Origin: a virus | Taxonomy: Duplodnaviria; Caudoviricetes | IMG/VR virus record: IMGVR_UViG_3300011114_000970 | Location: 1-52,802 of that record | Direction: 5' to 3' (one strand) | DNA: 52,802 nucleotides | Shown here: piece by piece, positions 46,485-52,802 of the stretch | Layout: each line of letters starts with the position of its first letter | Numbering within the stretch: the first letter of the stretch is position 1 | Notes under the pieces: generated by a model | Seen by the model: the letters and a program-made list of their open reading frames with translations, nothing else | The model's database searches: none | Told to the model about the DNA's origin: nothing | Program-made: the position numbers and the translations under genes

Positions 46485-46904
46485 ATGACTATTACAGCTA
46501 CATCACAAACACTGTTTGATGGCGAGCGAATTGCTATTATGAAGTTTTATGCATCAATGAGTACTACAGAAAATGAAAGTGCCGTTGCAAAGGTAACACC
46601 TTCAGCTTTAACAGCTTCTAGTGCTGGTGGCGCTTGTGATGCTGTAAGTATTCTTAAGGTAACTTCATTGACACATGGTTTAGAAGTGCAAATGAATTGG
46701 AATGCAACTACAAATGTTGTTATTCAAACAATTCCTCAAAATACACAATACACGCAAGATTTTTCTGGGTTTGGTGGTTTGACCAACAATGCAGGTGCAG
46801 GGAAAACTGGAGTTGTCTCTTTTACTACTTTGGACGGAAGCGCTGGGGATTCTTACACAGTGATTCTAGAAATGCAAAAGCATTATGTTAATCCTCTAGG
46901 CTGA
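46485..46904 (+). CDS. Virion structural protein (putative)
   Basis: ESAVAKV, DFSGFGGL.NNAGAGKTG...YTVILE. Confidence 0.65.
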   Translation: MTITATSQTLFDGERIAIMKFYASMSTTENESAVAKVTPSALTASSAGGACDAVSILKVTSLTHGLEVQMNWNATTNVVIQTIPQNTQYTQDFSGFGGLTNNAGAGKTGVVSFTTLDGSAGDSYTVILEMQKHYVNPLG

Positions 46905-46908
46905 TTTC

Positions 46909-47592
46909 ATGCCTAGCAAATCCAAAGCTCAGCACAATCTTATGGAAGCGGTGGCTCACAACCCTGCTTTTGCTAAGAAAGTTGGCATTCCCACAAAGGT
47001 CGGAAAAGATTTTGCACGGGCAGATAAAAGAATGAATGCGGGTGGAATAGTTAAATCTTTGAAACAGTCTGGTTTTTATGATTCAGGTAAAACTAAACCA
47101 GAAAGAGAAAAGATTGTTAGCAAAGTAACAACAAAACCCCAACGAATAGCAATGGTTGAGAAGTTATTTTCAGATAAAAAAATGGCTTCTGGTGGACTGT
47201 ATGCCAACATTCATGCAAAGCAAGAACGCATTAAGGCTGGTTCTGGTGAAAGAATGCGTAAGGTTGGTTCTGAGGGTGCGCCGACTAAAAAAGCGTTTAT
47301 CGAATCAGCTAAGACTGTCAAAGTAAAAGATGGTGGCGTACAATTATCAGTAGGACGTGGAGAAAAACTACCCACAAGTCAAGGCGCAGGATTAACTGCA
47401 AAGGGTAGAGCAAAAGCGAACAGAGCGACGGGAAGTCATTTACAAGCGCCAGCTCCTCATCCTAAAACCGCAAAGGAAGAAGGTCGTAAAAAGTCATTCT
47501 GCGCAAGAATGAGCGGTGTTGTTAACAATGCCAAAGGAGATGCACCGAGAGCTAAAGCTTCTTTAAAACGATGGAATTGTTCAGGGTGGTGA
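46909..47592 (+). CDS. Composite basic protein ending in a DUF6321-like domain
   Basis: MPSKSKAQHNLM module / GLYANIHAK..RIKAGSGE module / GLTAKGR...RKKSFCARM...SLKRWNC module. Confidence 0.7.
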   Translation: MPSKSKAQHNLMEAVAHNPAFAKKVGIPTKVGKDFARADKRMNAGGIVKSLKQSGFYDSGKTKPEREKIVSKVTTKPQRIAMVEKLFSDKKMASGGLYANIHAKQERIKAGSGERMRKVGSEGAPTKKAFIESAKTVKVKDGGVQLSVGRGEKLPTSQGAGLTAKGRAKANRATGSHLQAPAPHPKTAKEEGRKKSFCARMSGVVNNAKGDAPRAKASLKRWNCSGW

Positions 47593-47593
47593 A

Positions 47594-48652
47594 ATGAGCA
47601 CAAGTGGCACAGTCGGACAAACAGTTATCACTGTACAGAACTTAATTGATTCTGGGGCAAGACGTGCAGGTAAATTGGCTGAAGAGTTAACAGTTGAGCA
47701 AGTCGCTGCCTCTAAACAAAGCCTGTACTACCTTTTGTCCAATCTGGCAAACAGAGGAATTCAGTACTGGTGCATAAACAAAGTTATTGTTGGGTTGATT
47801 CCTGACAAAAATTTCTACTATTTGCCTGTCGGCACAGTTGACGTTCTTAATGCAAATTACCGTACGCTAACTGCAATTAGCACAGGGTATAACAGCTCTT
47901 CAGGGGTTACTGCTAATGCGTTTGACGGTGTTGGTGAGGATATCTGTCAGCTATCTACAAACACAGGTTACATTGGCATCAATAACGGCTCAGGTAACGG
48001 AGTTTATATAACGACTGTTGGTATTTTGCCAGCTGTTAGCGGTTCTGTTACGATTCAAATTCAATACTCTGAAGATGGTTCAACGTGGGTTACTTTGGAA
48101 AGTGTTGCAGCGACCACTTGGGTTGCAAGTACTTGGATTTATTATGATTTAGAAACCTCAGCTACACAGCCCTATTGGAGAATTCTTCAAACTGCTGGTG
48201 TAAATATGGGTTTCTATCAGGTTGTATTCGGAACCATGCCAATGGCAATTAACATGGCTCGTATGAATCGTGATGATTATTCTAGCTTACCTAACCGAAG
48301 TTTTCAGGCTTTACGCCCATTGCAGTACTGGTTTAACCGAACAATTCCGCAACCAAACATGGAGCTGTGGCCTGTGCCGAACTCCATACAACCTCAGCTT
48401 GAACTTTGGTTGCATCGGCAAATAGAAGATGTAGGGGCATTAAGCGGTGAAATAGAAATCCCACAGCGCTGGTATCTAGCCATTCAGAACATGCTTGCTC
48501 ATCAAATGTCAATGGAATTACCTAGTGTAGAAGCAACTCGAATTGCTTATTGTGAAGCTCAAGCTGAAAAGTATTGGTCACAAGCAGAGCAAGAAGAAAG
48601 AGACAAATCTCCGATTTATTTTGCTCCAAATATTTCCTACTATACAAGATGA
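47594..48652 (+). CDS. Head-tail connector with inserted discoidin/carbohydrate-binding-like domain
   Basis: MSTSGT, LANRGIQYW, RDDYSSLPN, LWPVP, IPQRW; central NAFDG...QYSEDGSTW...YWRI insert. Confidence 0.7.
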   Translation: MSTSGTVGQTVITVQNLIDSGARRAGKLAEELTVEQVAASKQSLYYLLSNLANRGIQYWCINKVIVGLIPDKNFYYLPVGTVDVLNANYRTLTAISTGYNSSSGVTANAFDGVGEDICQLSTNTGYIGINNGSGNGVYITTVGILPAVSGSVTIQIQYSEDGSTWVTLESVAATTWVASTWIYYDLETSATQPYWRILQTAGVNMGFYQVVFGTMPMAINMARMNRDDYSSLPNRSFQALRPLQYWFNRTIPQPNMELWPVPNSIQPQLELWLHRQIEDVGALSGEIEIPQRWYLAIQNMLAHQMSMELPSVEATRIAYCEAQAEKYWSQAEQEERDKSPIYFAPNISYYTR

Positions 48653-48653
48653 C

Positions 48654-49025
48654 ATGCCATTATTCCTTAACACTCTCGGAAACAGCGTACTTAGCATCGC
48701 GATTTGTGATCGATGCAAACGAAAGATCGCCTATTCAGACATTCGCCCAGACGGGAATATCCCCGCAATACGAGTATGCGGTGACGGGTGCTCAGATCAG
48801 TTTGACCCCTATAGGTTGCCAGCAAGGCAATCTGAGAAGATTAGCATCCGTTTTCCTAGACCTGACGCAGATGTTGCTGAGAATCAAGATGCAATTACGA
48901 CAGACCCGAATATCGTTAACGATCCCAATCAATCTATTCCTCCTAACACTGAAGGCGAATCAGGAATCGCTCCTGAAACGTCAGAAGATGATTTGGATGG
49001 AAACTTAGACTCTTTATCTCCATGA
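48654..49025 (+). CDS. Cys-motif virion-region protein
   Basis: ICDRC...VCGDGC.DQFDPYRLPAR. Confidence 0.65.
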   Translation: MPLFLNTLGNSVLSIAICDRCKRKIAYSDIRPDGNIPAIRVCGDGCSDQFDPYRLPARQSEKISIRFPRPDADVAENQDAITTDPNIVNDPNQSIPPNTEGESGIAPETSEDDLDGNLDSLSP

Positions 49026-49621
49026 ACAATTCTTTCGTTTACTGCTGGTCTGATAAGACAACTTCAAAAGTATATGTTGGAGTTCATAAAGGTCATGAAG
49101 AAGATGGGTATATTTGCTCTTCTAAACACATGAAAAAAGCATATGAAGAAAGACCTAATGATTTTTCTCGTAAAATAATTACAAAGGGATTTTTTAAAGA
49201 TTGTGCAGAATTAGAGATTCGAATAAACAGAGAACTTCTGAAAAATTTAAACACTTGTTACAATAGATGCGCTGGGAAGGCTATCATTAATGATGAAGCC
49301 ACTAGAAAGCTAATTGGAAGAAAAGTATCAGAAAGAAGCAAAGGGAGAATTGTTCCTCCTGAAGTCGGAAGAGCTATTTCAAAAGCTAAAAAAGGTGTAA
49401 AATTTTCAGAAGAGCATAAGATTGCGCTTAGCAAAGCTCAAACAGGAAGAAAAGATTCTCCTGAAAGAGTAGCTGTAAGAGCTCTTTCTTTAAAAGGTAT
49501 TAACAAAAAACCAAAAACAGAAGAGCATAAGGCTAAAATAAAAGAAAATATACGTTTGCTTTGGAGAACTCAAAAATACAGAGAAATGATGCTAGCTGCA
49601 AGAATGAAGAAAGCTAATTAA
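49022..49621 (+). mobile_element. Free-standing GIY-YIG homing endonuclease with NUMOD3-like repeats
   Basis: FVYCW...VYVGVH...GYICSS, conserved Glu and YN; SEEHKIALS and TEEHKAKI; more AT-rich than flanks. Confidence 0.85.
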
Positions 49622-49622
49622 T

Positions 49623-51971
49623 ATGTCGAATGTAAGAATTTCTCAACTCCCCTCGGCTCCGACTTCCATCACAGGAACAGAGCTAGTACCGATTGTTCAA
49701 AATGGACAGACAGTACAAACAACTGTTAGTGCTCTTACAAGTAGCCCAAGCTTAACGCAAACATTTTTAACTGTTAATAACGAAACAACTCTGGCAAATA
49801 GTCGATATCTAGGAGCTACGAACGGGTTAGCAATTTCTGACGGTGGCGCTCAAAGCGTATTAAACGTAACTTCTACAGGTGCATTACTGTCTTTAGTTAA
49901 CTCTGGTAATGGTTTTCAAGTTAAAACCTCTTCGACAGTTATCACAAATCGAACAATTACGATATCAGGTAATGGCTTAGCAATCACAAATGGTGATGGT
50001 GTATCGGGTGACCCTGTTATTGCTTTATCTGGTCAAGTTTTAAATTTTGCTAATGCAAGTTTTAATGGTCTTGTGGTTCTTTCCACTGGGGGTGCTATCA
50101 CTTCAGCGACCATAACAGGTACAGCAAGTCAGATTGATGTAGCTAATGGTACGGGTATAGGTGGAAACCCAACTCTTTCAATTTCGAGTGACCCTACTCT
50201 TCCTGGTACTGGCGGTGTAGCACTTCCTTCTGGAACAACTTTACAGCGTTCTGGCTCTCCAACGAATGGAGTGTTACGTTACAACACAACTACAGGTCTG
50301 TTAGAAGCGTATTTAAACAGTGTATGGACGTCTTTAGCTTCTGGCTCAGGAGTTACTTCAGTCGCTACGGGGACAGGTCTAACAGGCGGTCCAATTACTT
50401 CTACAGGAACTATAAGTATTGACGTGACAGGAGTTAGCGCCGCTACCTATGGTTCTTCTTTAGTCGTTCCTGTAATTGCAGTAAATGCGCAAGGTCAAAT
50501 CACTAGTGCAACAAATACTACAATTAACGCAATAACGCTAACAACAGGCACAATTAGCACTACTCCTTCTGCAAGCACCGATATTGCAAATAAGACTTAC
50601 GTTGACACAGTTGCACAAGGATTAGACACAAAAGCTTCCGTAGTTGCAGCGACAACAGTAAATATTACCTTGAGTGGTACTCAAACAATTGACGGAATTG
50701 CATTAGTTGCAGCTGATCGTTGTTTAGTTAAAAATCAAACACTATCACAAAACAATGGAATTTATGACGTTGCCGCAGGTGCTTGGACTCGCTCGAGTGA
50801 CATGAACACATGGGCGCAAGTTCCTGGTGCTTATGTTTTTGTCGAACAAGGAACAACCCAAGCTGACACTGGTTGGGTATGTACGAGTGATGCGGGTGGT
50901 ACTTTGGGGACAACAGCAATCACTTGGGCTCAGTTTTCAGGTGCTGGTTCTGGTGTTAGTTCGATTACTTTTGGTACAACTGGATTAACTCCAGCTACGG
51001 CAACCACAGGAGCGGTGACTGTTGCGGGGACGTTGGCTGTTGCTAATGGCGGAACAAACATTACTTCTTACGCAATTGGCGACCTTATCTACGCAAGCAC
51101 CACGGGCATATTGTCAAAGTTAGCTGATGTTGCAACAGGTAATGCTCTTATTTCTGGTGGTGTTGGTGTAGCTCCTAGTTATGGAAAAATTGCACTTACA
51201 ACCCATGTATCAGGTACTTTACCTGTCGCTAATGGTGGCACAGGCTTAACTGCAGGTACTAGTGGTGGAATATTAGCTTATACAGCGACAGGAACTTTAG
51301 CTTCTTCTGCGTTGTTAACTCAATACGGAATTGTTTACGGAGGAGGTGCAGGTGCAGTTCCTGTATCAACTGCCGCAGGTACTACAGGTCAAGTTCTTCA
51401 AGCAACGACTTCTGGCGCTCCTGTCTGGGGTACGACTTATGCAGGTACTGTTACTTCTGTAAGTTTTACAGGTGGAATTGTTTCTGTAGCAACAGCAACA
51501 ACAACTCCTGCTTTGACGGTTGCAGGAACTTCAGGCGGTATCCCTTATTTCTCAAGTGGTACAACATGGGCTACATCAGCTCTGTTAACAGCGAATGCAT
51601 TAATGATTGGTGGAGGGGCTGGTGTTGCTCCTAGTACAACAACAACAGGCACTGGAATTTTAACCTTCCTTGGTACTCCTTCTAGTGCTAACCTTGCGGC
51701 TGCGGTAACTGACGAGACAGGTTCTGGATCTTTAGTGTTCGGAACGTCTCCAGCGTTTACAACAAGTATAACTACTGCTTCTACTACATTTACTGCGTTT
51801 GCAGGAGCTACAACATTATTAACAATAGGTGGTACGGGAGCAACTGCAGTAGTTGCACATCCTGGAACACTTGAACAAACAGGAACTACAGGCGCACTAA
51901 CTGTTGCTGGTGGTGTTTATGTCGCCAAAATATTAACCGCAATCGGTGGTATTTCTGGAGGTACTTTCTAA
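49623..51971 (+). CDS. Long tail fibre protein
   Basis: MSNVRISQLP; GVLRYNTTTGLLEAY; VKNQTLSQNNGIY..WTRS; LPVANGGT repeats; ends GGISGGTF. Confidence 0.85.
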   Translation: MSNVRISQLPSAPTSITGTELVPIVQNGQTVQTTVSALTSSPSLTQTFLTVNNETTLANSRYLGATNGLAISDGGAQSVLNVTSTGALLSLVNSGNGFQVKTSSTVITNRTITISGNGLAITNGDGVSGDPVIALSGQVLNFANASFNGLVVLSTGGAITSATITGTASQIDVANGTGIGGNPTLSISSDPTLPGTGGVALPSGTTLQRSGSPTNGVLRYNTTTGLLEAYLNSVWTSLASGSGVTSVATGTGLTGGPITSTGTISIDVTGVSAATYGSSLVVPVIAVNAQGQITSATNTTINAITLTTGTISTTPSASTDIANKTYVDTVAQGLDTKASVVAATTVNITLSGTQTIDGIALVAADRCLVKNQTLSQNNGIYDVAAGAWTRSSDMNTWAQVPGAYVFVEQGTTQADTGWVCTSDAGGTLGTTAITWAQFSGAGSGVSSITFGTTGLTPATATTGAVTVAGTLAVANGGTNITSYAIGDLIYASTTGILSKLADVATGNALISGGVGVAPSYGKIALTTHVSGTLPVANGGTGLTAGTSGGILAYTATGTLASSALLTQYGIVYGGGAGAVPVSTAAGTTGQVLQATTSGAPVWGTTYAGTVTSVSFTGGIVSVATATTTPALTVAGTSGGIPYFSSGTTWATSALLTANALMIGGGAGVAPSTTTTGTGILTFLGTPSSANLAAAVTDETGSGSLVFGTSPAFTTSITTASTTFTAFAGATTLLTIGGTGATAVVAHPGTLEQTGTTGALTVAGGVYVAKILTAIGGISGGTF

Positions 51972-52008
51972 TGTTTTCAGCTTATAATTATTCAAAAGGA
52001 TTTTAATC

Positions 52009-52802
52009 ATGGCAGCTTCAGGCTACACACCCATTTCGTTATATTACAGCGCAACAGGTGCGGCAGTGCCTTTGGCTGCGAATCTTGTTGCTGGTGAGCT
52101 GGCTCTTAACACCAACGACGGAAAACTTTATTATAAAAATAGTGCAGGAGCTGTTACACTTTTAGCTGGTGTTGGAGCGGCGGTTAGTACTATCACTTTT
52201 GGCACGACAGGACTAACACCAAGTTCGGCAACTAGTGGCGCTGTTACTGTGGCTGGAACACTAGCTACCGCTAATGGCGGTACTAACTTAACTACTTTTA
52301 CTGCCGCTAATAACGCAATATATTCGACGTCAAGTTCTGTGTTGGTTGCTGGTACTTTACCCGTGGCAGCTGGCGGTACAGGCGCAGCAACTCTTACAGG
52401 TGTTATTAAAGGTAATGGCACTTCTGCTATTACTGCTGCTACTGCTGGCACAGATTATGTAGCTCCTGCTACTGCTACAACCTTTACAGCCTTACAGACA
52501 TTTAATGGTACTTCTGCCCTTGGTGCGCTAAAGACAGTTAATATCAATGAGCCTGCCACAATCTCAGCAACAGCTTCTACAGGCACTATTAACTTTGATG
52601 TTACCACTCAATCGGTACTGTATTACACAACCAATGCAAGCGGTAACTTTACCCTTAACTTTAGAGCTTCTAGCGGTACATCGCTTAATACTTTGTTAGC
52701 TACTGGTGACTCAATCTGTGTATCTTTCTTATGCACTAATGGTGCTACTGCTTACTATAACTCTGCTGTACAAGTAGATGGAAGTTCAGTAACTCCTAAG
52801 TA
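52009..52802 (+). CDS. Tail fibre protein, 3'-truncated, with Mtd-N-like docking domain
   Basis: MAASGYTPISLYYS...LVAGELALNTNDGKLYYKN; frame open to the window end. Confidence 0.8.
   Translation, partial: MAASGYTPISLYYSATGAAVPLAANLVAGELALNTNDGKLYYKNSAGAVTLLAGVGAAVSTITFGTTGLTPSSATSGAVTVAGTLATANGGTNLTTFTAANNAIYSTSSSVLVAGTLPVAAGGTGAATLTGVIKGNGTSAITAATAGTDYVAPATATTFTALQTFNGTSALGALKTVNINEPATISATASTGTINFDVTTQSVLYYTTNASGNFTLNFRASSGTSLNTLLATGDSICVSFLCTNGATAYYNSAVQVDGSSVTPK

Noticed and set aside
52009-52802. Diversity-generating retroelement suggested by the Mtd-N-like domain
   Set aside because: No reverse transcriptase and no template/variable repeat pair seen; the missing part of the genome cannot be assessed
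1-52802. Terminal repeat, integrase or tRNA genes
   Set aside because: The two ends share no sequence; no recombinase motifs or cloverleaf seen in the short intergenic gaps
1-52802. Stop-codon reassignment
   Set aside because: Core genes are full length in the standard code and TAA, TGA and TAG all end genes

Overview
Near-complete (~52.8 kb) genome of a tailed dsDNA phage with podovirus-like architecture (no tape measure or sheath; P22-like adaptor/nozzle genes and several large ejection proteins). Spanins indicate a Gram-negative host; a freshwater betaproteobacterial host is only my inference from gene style. Both window ends fall inside tail-fibre genes and do not overlap. Layout: fibre end, lysis cassette, tail and ejection genes (+, 1-15.5 kb); a leftward early arm with DenV-like glycosylase, DUF932, FAD oxidoreductase, atypical ThyX, HAD phosphatase, DUF6378-like protein, DnaQ-like exonuclease and a DnaE-type polymerase (-, 15.6-24 kb); a rightward replication arm with nuclease, SNF2 helicase, DUF2800, DUF2815 SSB and primase-helicase (+, 24-31 kb); a repeat-rich putative origin (31.3-31.7 kb); then terminase, a 1383-aa PcfJ-like protein, portal, GroES, scaffold, capsid, basic head proteins, a GIY-YIG endonuclease and fibres. 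I saw no integrase, tRNA or CRISPR. The two best leads: (1) a candidate pyrimidine-modification pathway coupled to a phage Pol III alpha, together with apparent total absence of CCGG; (2) a hydrophobic-[K/A]-x-G-G motif repeated about 17 times in five otherwise unrelated virion-region proteins, apparently separating modules like a polyprotein cleavage or capsid-loading signal. All family assignments come from motif recognition by eye, not database searches.
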